Notes under the pieces: generated by a model | What the model saw: only the letters and a program-made list of their open reading frames with translations | The model's database searches: none | Told to the model about the DNA's origin: nothing | Virus record (IMG/VR): IMGVR_UViG_3300015607_002766 | Length of the DNA: 20,000 bases | Direction: 5' to 3' (one strand) | Source of the DNA: an uncultured virus (IMG/VR IMGVR_UViG_3300015607_002766) | Taxonomy: Duplodnaviria; Heunggongvirae; Uroviricota; Caudoviricetes | Part shown: positions 1-7,144 of the stretch, one piece after another | Position numbering within the stretch: the stretch's first letter is position 1 | Layout of the letters: every line of letters begins with the position of its first letter | Position numbers and translations under genes: made by a program

Positions 1-161
1 TTGACGAAAAAGATAAGGAAAAAATTATCACCGCTAAAACTACTTACGCTGTTGCTAAAGGCACCATCGACAACTTCACTAAATATGGTAACGTAAATGA
101 AGTGATGGAAGCCGTAAAACCAGTAGTTGCACTTAAAAACGTAGAAATTATCAAAGGATAA
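1..161 (+). CDS. 3' end of a hypothetical protein (partial; ...DEKDKEKIITAKTTYAVAKGTIDNFTKYGNVNEVMEAVKPVVALKNVEIIKG*)
   Basis: Open frame from position 3 to TAA 159-161; codon usage (ATC, AAC, TTC, GCT) like the ATPase gene; not in ORF track because it is truncated. Confidence 0.8.
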   Translation, partial: DEKDKEKIITAKTTYAVAKGTIDNFTKYGNVNEVMEAVKPVVALKNVEIIKG

Positions 162-190
162 TAAACTTTCCGAGAGTTAGTGAATATATA
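162..190 (+). promoter_or_regulatory. Putative phage promoter, AAAC-N18-TATATA class
   Basis: TAAAC 162-166, 18-nt spacer, TATATA 185-190; same geometry at five other intergenic sites. Confidence 0.6.
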
Positions 191-196
191 GTAAAC

Positions 197-360
197 ACAC
201 TGACTCTCACACCTGTATATTTGTATAAAATATGAAATTAGTCACGAGTTAAGTTGAGTAGCTCACTTTTTTGAAGTAAAAGTGACCCGTGGGCTCCGTT
301 AAGCCTCTTATCCTTGTGATAACGTAACGGATGGGAGTAGGGTAAAACCGACGCCTCCCA
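197..360 (+). ncRNA. Candidate structured non-coding RNA, unknown family
   Basis: No ORF; more GC-rich than flanks; stems TCACTTTT/AAAAGTGA (263-270/278-285), TCCGTTA/TAACGGA (295-301/325-331) with inner TTATC/GATAA, TGGGAG/CTCCCA (332-337/355-360); lies between a promoter and a tRNA. Confidence 0.5.
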
Positions 361-366
361 AAATTT

Positions 367-440
367 GGTCCCTTAGCTCAGTTGGTTAGAGCAACGGTCT
401 CATAAACCGTGGGTCACTGGTTCGAACCCAGTAGGGACCA
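367..440 (+). tRNA. tRNA with CAT anticodon, probably tRNA-Ile2 (lysidine, reads AUA); 3' CCA not encoded
   Basis: Cloverleaf: acceptor GGTCCCT/AGGGACC, D arm GCTC..GAGC, anticodon stem ACGGT/ACCGT with loop CTCATAA, T loop TTCGAAC; paired G1-C72 and C4/C5 in the acceptor resemble E. coli ileX rather than fMet. Confidence 0.92.
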
Positions 441-493
441 CAAATTATGAAGAAGGACATAATTTATATATAGTATAAAATAAATATACTACT

Positions 494-895
494 ATGAAAA
501 ATTGTGTCATTTGTAATAATGAAATCTCAGGTCAGAAAAAAATGTACTGTTCAAATAAATGTAAACAGAAGCATCACTATGACAGAGTAAAAGAGCAAAC
601 AAATACCTATCACTCACAGACAATAAGGTCCTATAAAAGAAAACTTTATTTAATTGAAATGTTAGGTGGTTCTTGTAGAAATTGTGGTTATGATAAAAAC
701 TTATCAGCCTTAGAGTTTCATCACAGAGATCCAAATGGAAAAGACTCTCAATTAGACATGAGAACACTTTCAAATAGATCTATGGAGTTCATAATGAAAG
801 AAGTTGAAAAGTGTGACTTACTATGTTCAAATTGTCATAGAGAAGTACATAACCCTGAAACTGAAGTTTTAAAATTAAAAGAAATAATAAAATAA
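494..895 (+). CDS. HNH endonuclease with N-terminal zinc finger (tRNA-adjacent, homing-endonuclease-like)
   Basis: CxxC...YCSxxC N-terminus; CRNCG...LEFHHRDP...CDLLCSNCHREVH HNH core. Confidence 0.88.
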   Translation: MKNCVICNNEISGQKKMYCSNKCKQKHHYDRVKEQTNTYHSQTIRSYKRKLYLIEMLGGSCRNCGYDKNLSALEFHHRDPNGKDSQLDMRTLSNRSMEFIMKEVEKCDLLCSNCHREVHNPETEVLKLKEIIK

Positions 896-903
896 AAACA
901 GTT

Positions 904-1083
904 ATGTTATTCTTTTTTAGTAAAGAAAAGATTGAAGAAATCAAACAGTTAGAATATAAACTACCAAACGATATGGAGTTTGGAGAGACTTTAAGGTCAA
1001 AGTTTGGAAGTGAAAAGTTCATCATGGATATACCTAATGATCAAGAACTTGGGAAAAAAATCCGAAAAATGGTAAAAATCTAA
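904..1083 (+). CDS. 59-aa hypothetical protein with duplicated PND-x-E-[FL]-G-x-x-[LI]-R motif
   Basis: ATG 904 to TAA 1081-1083: MLFFFSKEKIEEIKQLEYKLPNDMEFGETLRSKFGSEKFIMDIPNDQELGKKIRKMVKI; fills the gap between HNH and ATPase; below ORF-track cutoff. Confidence 0.75.
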   Translation: MLFFFSKEKIEEIKQLEYKLPNDMEFGETLRSKFGSEKFIMDIPNDQELGKKIRKMVKI

Positions 1084-1090
1084 AAATAAT

Positions 1091-1121
1091 TTTGCCGAAT
1101 AAAAAAAAGTAACTACATTTG
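1091..1121 (+). promoter_or_regulatory. Bacteroidota primary-sigma promoter (-33 TTTG / -7 TAnnTTTG)
   Basis: TTTG 1091-1094, 19-nt spacer, TACATTTG 1114-1121, upstream of ATG 1149. Confidence 0.75.
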
Positions 1122-1148
1122 TATAAATAATAAGATAAAAAATCAGAT

Positions 1149-2285
1149 ATGGCTGACATTAAAAACAAAACAATGCCTGCTTTCATAGCAGAGAAACTCT
1201 CAACTCTCACTGATAAAGAGCGTAAGTATTTCGCTATCATGTGGGCGAAGTATGGTGTATTGAATATCACATCTAAACCAGGTGTTGCTAAATCCACTAT
1301 CGGTAGATCAATTGCCGAGAAGATGAATTTCCGATACATGGATATTCGTTTGTCAATGGTTGACGAAACTGACGTAGGTCTTTATCCAAACGTTAGTGAA
1401 GTTGAAGTTGACGGTAAAATGGTGAAGTGTTTGGACTTCGTTGTTCCTCGTTGGGCGATTGAGGCTAACAAGCAACCAACCATCATTCACTTTGAAGAGT
1501 TGAACCGTGCTTCCCAGCAAGTTCGTAATGCTGCTCTTCAAATCCTTCTTGAGCGTCAGATTGGTACTGACTTCCGTTTCAACGAAAACGTTCTGATGAT
1601 GTCGTCAGGTAACCTTGGTGACGAAGACGGTACAGACGTTGAAGAATTTGACTCCGCTCTTAACAACCGTTTGGTTCATATTAACCACACTTTGAGTGTT
1701 GATGAATGGATTAAAGACTTCGCTATGACTAACTGTCACAAGTTAATCACAAGCTTCATCAAAGCTCACCCAGAGCAGATGTACAAAAATGCCACTGACA
1801 ACGTTAAGGCATATGCTACACCACGTTCTTGGACTATGTTGTCTGAGTTCATCGTAGCCAACTATGGTCAAGATGCATCACCTCGTGAGTTCTTGCCTTT
1901 GTTGAAAGAAGTTGCTTCTGGTTACATTGGTAACTCTGCTGTGAAGTTTGTTCAGTACTGCGAAGATATGTTGAATATCTCTATCCAAGACGTAATCAAC
2001 AACTACGACGGTATCAAGAAAGACCTTGAGAAGTACAACCGTGATAAGAACTCTGAATTGATTCAATCTTTGAAAGAGATCGATATCACCAAGTTGAATA
2101 AGAAACAACTTGACAACGTTGTGAAGTTCTTGAACAACGTGGGTGATGATGAAAAGACCGCCTACTTACTTTACATCCTTGATAACATCGCGGATGTTAC
2201 AAACCCAACCTTGAAGTCTTTCTTGCTTCAGTTCGAAGACCTTCTTCGTACTATCAAGAAAATCAACAAGCCTGGTAGTAAGTAA
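1149..2285 (+). CDS. MoxR/AAA_5-like AAA+ ATPase
   Basis: Variant Walker A SKPGVAKST, DIRLS, Walker B IIHFEELNRA, sensor SSGN, ALNNRL arginine finger, ATPRSW sensor II. Confidence 0.88.
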   Translation: MADIKNKTMPAFIAEKLSTLTDKERKYFAIMWAKYGVLNITSKPGVAKSTIGRSIAEKMNFRYMDIRLSMVDETDVGLYPNVSEVEVDGKMVKCLDFVVPRWAIEANKQPTIIHFEELNRASQQVRNAALQILLERQIGTDFRFNENVLMMSSGNLGDEDGTDVEEFDSALNNRLVHINHTLSVDEWIKDFAMTNCHKLITSFIKAHPEQMYKNATDNVKAYATPRSWTMLSEFIVANYGQDASPREFLPLLKEVASGYIGNSAVKFVQYCEDMLNISIQDVINNYDGIKKDLEKYNRDKNSELIQSLKEIDITKLNKKQLDNVVKFLNNVGDDEKTAYLLYILDNIADVTNPTLKSFLLQFEDLLRTIKKINKPGSK

Positions 2286-2307
2286 TCAGACAGCCATCTG
2301 ATTAGAT

Positions 2308-2340
2308 AAGGGGATGTCAGAATTGATATCCCCTTTTTTT
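2308..2340 (+). terminator. Rho-independent terminator
   Basis: AAGGGGATGTCA-GAAT-TGATATCCCCTT plus T tract; preceded by a second hairpin TAATCAGA/TCTGATTA at 2283-2304. Confidence 0.8.
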
Positions 2341-2341
2341 C

Positions 2342-2370
2342 TAAACAAATTATTCATATATAGATATAAC
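2342..2370 (+). promoter_or_regulatory. Putative phage promoter AAAC-N18-TATAAC
   Basis: TAAAC 2342-2346, 18-nt spacer, TATAAC 2365-2370, ATG at 2377. Confidence 0.6.
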
Positions 2371-2376
2371 CTTATT

Positions 2377-2652
2377 ATGATGTATGAGATTCAGTTGGTT
2401 GTTAAAAACAAGTTCGGTGAGTTTTTAGGTAATAAAAACATCATCAGCAAAGATCAGCACGACGCATTGATAAAAATGTCAAAAACATTTTACAATTCTG
2501 GTGGTTTTGAATTAACTTGTGAAGATAATTCATTTGTTATTTTTCCACCAGACATAGTAAAAGAATCCATATTAATAATAAATAGAAAAGAAATTACTGA
2601 GAAATCAGAAGAAGTAGAACAAGAAAATAATAATAACGATGTTCAAGAGTAA
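2377..2652 (+). CDS. Hypothetical protein (start re-assigned from 2314 to 2377)
   Basis: Track start lies inside the terminator; MMYEIQ start follows the promoter; overlaps next gene. Confidence 0.7.
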   Translation: MMYEIQLVVKNKFGEFLGNKNIISKDQHDALIKMSKTFYNSGGFELTCEDNSFVIFPPDIVKESILIINRKEITEKSEEVEQENNNNDVQE

Positions 2653-3289
2653 GTTTAAGAAGTTTGGTGGGGAATATATCCCAGACATCATACAATATCT
2701 CAAGGATTACCTTGAGACAGATCCGAGCGCAACTATCACGGTTGGATGTGACTCTATTCAAAAGAGACGCAGAACTGTTTATGCGATAACTATTATGATG
2801 TACAATACAGACTTGAGACATGGTGCTCACGTTGTATTCTTCCGTGAGTCTTGTGATAAGATTAGAGATAATAACGATAGGCTTTATAGAGAAGCTCAAT
2901 ATCTACATGATGTTGCAACTTACCTTGATAAAGAACTTTCAGAATTCTATATCAGAAAAGACTTGACAGATATTGAAAGAAAAAGATATAAGTTTCACTT
3001 GGCTAAGTGTAACCAAGAGTATGACCATGTACCATATCATTTAGAAGAAGGTGTTATGAATGGTATGTCTCTTTCAGCTTCTGATAGAATGGATTTCAGA
3101 TTGGTTGATATACATATTGACTTTAATCCATCTGAAGGTAGAAAGAATGAGAAAGGTATGAGTAGAAATAAATCTCATGCTGCTTATAAGGCTTATGTTC
3201 CTTGGTTAAGAGGTATGGGGTTTCGTGTATGGGCGAAGCCCAATGGCCATGCTGCCACAAATGTGTCAGATCTACTTCTTCAAGATTAA
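2639..3289 (+). CDS. RNase H-like protein, YkuK/DUF458 family
   Basis: ITVGCDS, RLYREA, VDIHIDFN, KPNGHAATNVSD motifs. Confidence 0.8.
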   Translation: MFKSKFKKFGGEYIPDIIQYLKDYLETDPSATITVGCDSIQKRRRTVYAITIMMYNTDLRHGAHVVFFRESCDKIRDNNDRLYREAQYLHDVATYLDKELSEFYIRKDLTDIERKRYKFHLAKCNQEYDHVPYHLEEGVMNGMSLSASDRMDFRLVDIHIDFNPSEGRKNEKGMSRNKSHAAYKAYVPWLRGMGFRVWAKPNGHAATNVSDLLLQD

Positions 3290-3307
3290 TTCCATCAGGA
3301 GCAAAGG

Positions 3308-3351
3308 AAAGAGCATTAATTTAATATATAAGAAAATTAATGCTCTTTTTT
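3308..3351 (+). promoter_or_regulatory. Perfect 15-bp hairpin (terminator-like) with TAATATATA late-type promoter at the loop
   Basis: AAAGAGCATTAATTT (3308-3322) / AAATTAATGCTCTTT (3334-3348); TAATATATA 3322-3330; directly before the GIY-YIG start. Confidence 0.7.
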
Positions 3352-4113
3352 ATGATATATTATATTTTATATGAAACAACAAACCTAATAAATGGTAAAA
3401 AATATAGAGGTATTCACAAAACGGATAAATTGGAAGATGGTTATTTAGGTAGCGGATATGCTTTAATAGAATCTATTGAGAAATATGGCAAAGAAAACTT
3501 TCAAAGAGAGATATTAGAATTTTGCGATTCTTATGATGAACTAATTGAATTAGAAAAAATTTATGTTGATAAAGAATGGGTTAAAGATAGATCAAATTAC
3601 AATTTAAAAACTGGTGGACAAAGTTCTGGTATATTATCGGAAGAATCTAAAAGAAAAATATCAGATACTTTGAAAGAAAAATATCAAAATGGTGAATTAG
3701 ACAGAAGAGAAGGTATAATACCTTATGAGACAACAGATGAAATAAAAGAAAAGATATCAAAGACATTAAAAGAGAAATATAAAAGTAAAGAACATCATTT
3801 AAAGGGATGCATCCCATGGAATAAAGGTAAAAAAGGTTCACAAGTAGCATGGAACAAGGGTAAAAAAATGGGTAATATGTCTGATGAAGAAAAGAAAAAA
3901 AGATCGAACACATTGAAAGAAAGGTATAAAAATGAAGAACATCATGCTAAAGGTAAATCACCTTGGAATAAAGGTAAAAAAGGAGTTCAAGTACCTTGGA
4001 ATAAAGGAAAAGAAATGAAAAAAGATAAATGTAAATACTGTGATAAAGAAATGGATATTTTAAATCTGAATAAATATCACAATGAAAATTGTAAGTTAAA
4101 AATACTTATCTAA
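3352..4113 (+). CDS. GIY-YIG homing endonuclease (Seg-like) with NUMOD3-type and PWNKG repeats (alternative start 3340)
   Basis: YILYETTNLINGKKYRGIH, GYLGSG, YNLKTGG; three E-x-K-x-K-[IR]-S-x-TLKE-[KR]-Y repeats; four WNKGK repeats. Confidence 0.9.
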   Translation: MIYYILYETTNLINGKKYRGIHKTDKLEDGYLGSGYALIESIEKYGKENFQREILEFCDSYDELIELEKIYVDKEWVKDRSNYNLKTGGQSSGILSEESKRKISDTLKEKYQNGELDRREGIIPYETTDEIKEKISKTLKEKYKSKEHHLKGCIPWNKGKKGSQVAWNKGKKMGNMSDEEKKKRSNTLKERYKNEEHHAKGKSPWNKGKKGVQVPWNKGKEMKKDKCKYCDKEMDILNLNKYHNENCKLKILI

Positions 4114-4114
4114 T

Positions 4115-4471
4115 ATGTTTGAGATAAATAAGATGTTTATTTCAAAAATTGGCTGGTCTACATACACAAGTTCTATGTGGAGACCGCCCATTTCTATTAA
4201 AAACGTTTTAGATACTGAGAATATTATTTATTATATTCAACCTGTAAGTTCTGAAAAAACATTTTTAATTAGTGAGTTTAGTGATAAACAAAATAAAATT
4301 AAACAATATAAATTTATAATAGTAAACAATAATCAGTCTCAAATTGATATATTAGGTTCAATTCAAATTGAAATTAAATCAAACTTAGATTTAATGAAAT
4401 TAGTAAGAGATTTTGAAGCTTGTAATGAAGAATATAAAAGGCACTTTAAATTAAATAAATTATTAAAATGA
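4115..4471 (+). CDS. Hypothetical protein with shared C-terminal tag (KRHFKLNKLLK)
   Basis: ORF packed in operon, ATGA overlap with next gene. Confidence 0.7.
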   Translation: MFEINKMFISKIGWSTYTSSMWRPPISIKNVLDTENIIYYIQPVSSEKTFLISEFSDKQNKIKQYKFIIVNNNQSQIDILGSIQIEIKSNLDLMKLVRDFEACNEEYKRHFKLNKLLK

Positions 4472-5070
4472 AAAAAGAAGTAAAAGTTCTAGGTCTATCC
4501 TACAGTCAATCAAACTCTGGTTCATATGTTGTAGTTCTTTCAGAAAAGAAAGGTAAAAGAAAACTACCTATTGTTATCAAGCCATCTGATGCTCAACAAA
4601 TTGCCTTAAAGATTGAAGGTGTTAAATCACCAAGACCTTTAACACACGACTTGTTTAGATCAATCACTGATTCATATCAAATTGATGTTCAAGAGGTTTA
4701 TATCTATGCGATTCTTGAAGGAATTTTCTACACAAAGTTAGTAACCACTAATGGTGTTGAAGAAGCTGAAGTAGATTGTACTGCTGGTGATGGTATTGCT
4801 CTTTCTATTGTCTATGATTGTCCATTATATGTAGCTAAAGAAGTTTTAGAAATATCAGGCGTTTATATTAATGACGATGGTTCTTCTATGGCTCCTACAG
4901 AAGTTGAAGAAGAAGAGGAATACGAAGAAGTTGAAGAAGTTCCTGTTAAACGAGTTGTTTCTATTGAAGACTTAGAGCATATGATTGAAGATGCTATTCG
5001 TAATGAGGAATATGAAATTGCTGCTGAGATTCGTGATAGAATTGAGCAATTAAAAAAAGAAAATAAGTAA
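4468..5070 (+). CDS. Bifunctional nuclease (DUF151/BFN) with C-terminal UvrB/UvrC (UVR) motif
   Basis: GLSYSQS..GSYVVVL, KLPIVI, PRPLTHDLF, EGIFY, DCTAGDGIAL; C-terminal AIRNEEYEIAAEIRDRI. Confidence 0.9.
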   Translation: MKKEVKVLGLSYSQSNSGSYVVVLSEKKGKRKLPIVIKPSDAQQIALKIEGVKSPRPLTHDLFRSITDSYQIDVQEVYIYAILEGIFYTKLVTTNGVEEAEVDCTAGDGIALSIVYDCPLYVAKEVLEISGVYINDDGSSMAPTEVEEEEEYEEVEEVPVKRVVSIEDLEHMIEDAIRNEEYEIAAEIRDRIEQLKKENK

Positions 5071-5071
5071 A

Positions 5072-5908
5072 ATGGCATTAAGTTATATCGGTGGTAAAAG
5101 TAAAATAGGAACTTGGATTAGAAATTACATTCCAAATAACATAGAAACTTATGTAGAACCATTCTCAGGGATGTTCTGGGTATTCTTTAAATTGAATACA
5201 CCAAGTTTCAAAAATCTAAAAAGAGTTGTTTATAATGATGTTAATCCCTTAAACGTAAATCTTTATCTTTGTCTTAAAGACTATAAGAAGTTTTGGGAAA
5301 TGACTCAAAACACACCGATTGAAAGTAAAGAGTTGTTTGACAAATGTAAGTCAGATTTATTTGATACAGAATTTGTGTTAGATAAAGAAAATCCAAACTT
5401 TGATATTGCTTTCAAATATGCTTATGTTCTAAGCCAAGTTTGGTCTGGTACAGACCCTCGAAAAGGTAACCTTATCTTAAAAGGTGGCTACGAAGGTAAA
5501 GATGGTGTTTATAAATCTAAGTTTGAAATCTTTAGAAGTAAGTTAATTGATCCAAAATGGCAGAAGCTACTTGACTCGATTACTCACATCGAGAATTTAG
5601 ACTTTGAAGAGGTTATTAAGAAATATGATTCACCGACTACTTACTTTTATTGTGACCCACCATACTTCAAAACCGAAGACTATTATATAAACCACGACTT
5701 TGGTGTTCAAACACACGAAAGATTAGCTAACAGCTTAAAGTCTATTCAAGGTAAGTTTTCACTAAGTTATTATCATTTTGATTTATTGGATGATTGGTTT
5801 CCTCAAGATACCTACAACTGGAAGACAAAAGAATTTGCTAAGACGGCAATGGCTGTTCCAGGTAAAGCTCAAACTAAAGGTACGGAGCTTCTAATAATGA
5901 ATTACTGA
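5072..5908 (+). CDS. DNA adenine methyltransferase (Dam/D12 class), orphan
   Basis: YIGGK, YVEPFSG (motif I), YNDVN, YCDPPY (motif IV), ELLIMNY. Confidence 0.92.
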   Translation: MALSYIGGKSKIGTWIRNYIPNNIETYVEPFSGMFWVFFKLNTPSFKNLKRVVYNDVNPLNVNLYLCLKDYKKFWEMTQNTPIESKELFDKCKSDLFDTEFVLDKENPNFDIAFKYAYVLSQVWSGTDPRKGNLILKGGYEGKDGVYKSKFEIFRSKLIDPKWQKLLDSITHIENLDFEEVIKKYDSPTTYFYCDPPYFKTEDYYINHDFGVQTHERLANSLKSIQGKFSLSYYHFDLLDDWFPQDTYNWKTKEFAKTAMAVPGKAQTKGTELLIMNY

Positions 5909-5909
5909 T

Positions 5910-6260
5910 ATGATACTATTAACATGTCAGTTATTATTTGAAGGTGGTACAGGTGATAGAATACTAACATCTATTGTTTATGATGAAAATAAAAGTAGAT
6001 TTGTCAAAATAAGTCAAAAGATATCACCAGAGCTAGTACAAGATCTATCAGCATCAAATCCAATGGTTGATATAATGGATGTAATTAGTTTAGATTATAT
6101 GGATTATGTTTTCAAAGAGGAAGAGTTAGAAGATATATTTGAAATGATTGAGGATGGACCGGACAATGATATAGTTAATAAAGCAAAAGAATTTATCAAA
6201 TCATATAGAAGAGATATTAAAATAAAAAAAATAGTCAATGAAATACAAAAAGATAATTAA
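5910..6260 (+). CDS. Hypothetical protein with shared C-terminal tag (RRDIKIKKIV)
   Basis: ORF tightly packed in operon. Confidence 0.7.
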   Translation: MILLTCQLLFEGGTGDRILTSIVYDENKSRFVKISQKISPELVQDLSASNPMVDIMDVISLDYMDYVFKEEELEDIFEMIEDGPDNDIVNKAKEFIKSYRRDIKIKKIVNEIQKDN

Positions 6261-6552
6261 GGAGTGGAAAGATGCTACTGCTAAAGAAGTCTGGGAAGGT
6301 GTTAGAGATAACTTTCTTTTTGGATTTATCGGAGCTACTTTAGTTGTTTTCATTGCTACAAAAATAGATATAGCTGTTTTACTAGGATATCTTACTTATT
6401 ACTCATTTATGGGTAAGATTGTAAATCGTCCTAAATATGTAACAGATTTAGGCAAGATGATTGTCTTTCCTATTCCTTCAGCACTTGGTGCTTTCACAGG
6501 ATATAAAGTTTCTTATTTAATTATTGAAAGTATAACAGAATTAATGAAATAA
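6238..6552 (+). CDS. Hypothetical membrane protein
   Basis: Hydrophobic segments FLFGFIGATLVVFIA, IAVLLGYLTYYSFM, MIVFPIPSALGAFTGY. Confidence 0.75.
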   Translation: MKYKKIIKEWKDATAKEVWEGVRDNFLFGFIGATLVVFIATKIDIAVLLGYLTYYSFMGKIVNRPKYVTDLGKMIVFPIPSALGAFTGYKVSYLIIESITELMK

Positions 6553-6579
6553 AAAAACCCTCTTAATCGAGGGTTTTTT
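6552..6579. terminator. Bidirectional Rho-independent terminator
   Basis: AAAAAACCCTC-TTAATC-GAGGGTTTTTT between convergent genes. Confidence 0.85.
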
Positions 6580-6580
6580 A

Positions 6581-7141
6581 TTATTCATCATAAGTGAAAT
6601 TCATACTTATTATTATTCTTTTCTCATTACTTAGATTCTTAGTAACACAATGTGGTAGTGTTGAATCAAATAAGATAAACTTACCTGTTTCCGCCTTTTC
6701 GGTGTACATTCTTGATACAAAAGGATTTTCATCACATTTGAAAACAATGTCACCACTATTCTCTGGAACATCAACATAATACACAGCACTTACCTTAGCA
6801 CCACCCTCATAATTAGTATGAGTAGCGTGATCGTGCCAATTAGTACTCTCATTGTGATCATGTACAACTGCCCAAACAACCTCATTGATATCAACTGATG
6901 GCACTGGTTTAAGTTTATCACCGTATTGTTGATAGAACTTATCCATAATAGTGTTCATTAGATTTTTAACCTCAGGGTAGAAATCGATTCTAATATCTTC
7001 GTTTCTAATACTTTCTGGGTCTTCTTCCATAAACTTACCATCTTCATAGTTTCTCAAGATATTCGCTTTAAGTTTAGCGTTATCAATATTATCTAAATAA
7101 CCTGTAAGATATTCAACCGTGTGTAGTACTTTTACTTCCAT
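6581..7141 (-). CDS. 2OG-Fe(II) oxygenase (TIGR02466-like phage type)
   Basis: WHDH...VSAVYYV...GDIVF...LFDSTLPHCV...KRIIISMN DSBH motifs. Confidence 0.85.
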   Translation of the reverse strand: MEVKVLHTVEYLTGYLDNIDNAKLKANILRNYEDGKFMEEDPESIRNEDIRIDFYPEVKNLMNTIMDKFYQQYGDKLKPVPSVDINEVVWAVVHDHNESTNWHDHATHTNYEGGAKVSAVYYVDVPENSGDIVFKCDENPFVSRMYTEKAETGKFILFDSTLPHCVTKNLSNEKRIIISMNFTYDE

Positions 7142-7144
7142 ATA

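Noticed and set aside
216..223. TATATTTG as a Bacteroidota -7 element
   Set aside because: No -33 TTTG, lies inside a predicted stem, and is followed only by a 6-codon ORF
296..360. Group II intron domain V, RNase P or tmRNA identity for the structured region
   Set aside because: AGCC does not pair as in domain V and there is no RT gene; no GAGGAAAGTCC RNase P signature; no TTCGA T-arm before the terminal CCA
367..440. Initiator tRNA-fMet
   Set aside because: G1-C72 is paired and the anticodon stem lacks three consecutive G-C pairs
1122..1129. Canonical T4 late promoter TATAAATA (also 16653-16660 on - strand)
   Set aside because: The first abuts a perfect Bacteroidota promoter and the second fits the AAAC-N18 class; chance matches are likely in AT-rich DNA
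4430..4471. C-terminal tag as a by-product of A-rich translation-initiation regions of downstream genes
   Set aside because: The tag also occurs on 8076..8300 and 15807..16112, which face convergent genes, and its codons vary; weakened but not formally excluded
5072..6260. Restriction-modification pair
   Set aside because: The ORF after the methylase has no recognisable nuclease motif; orphan Dam-like enzymes are common in phages
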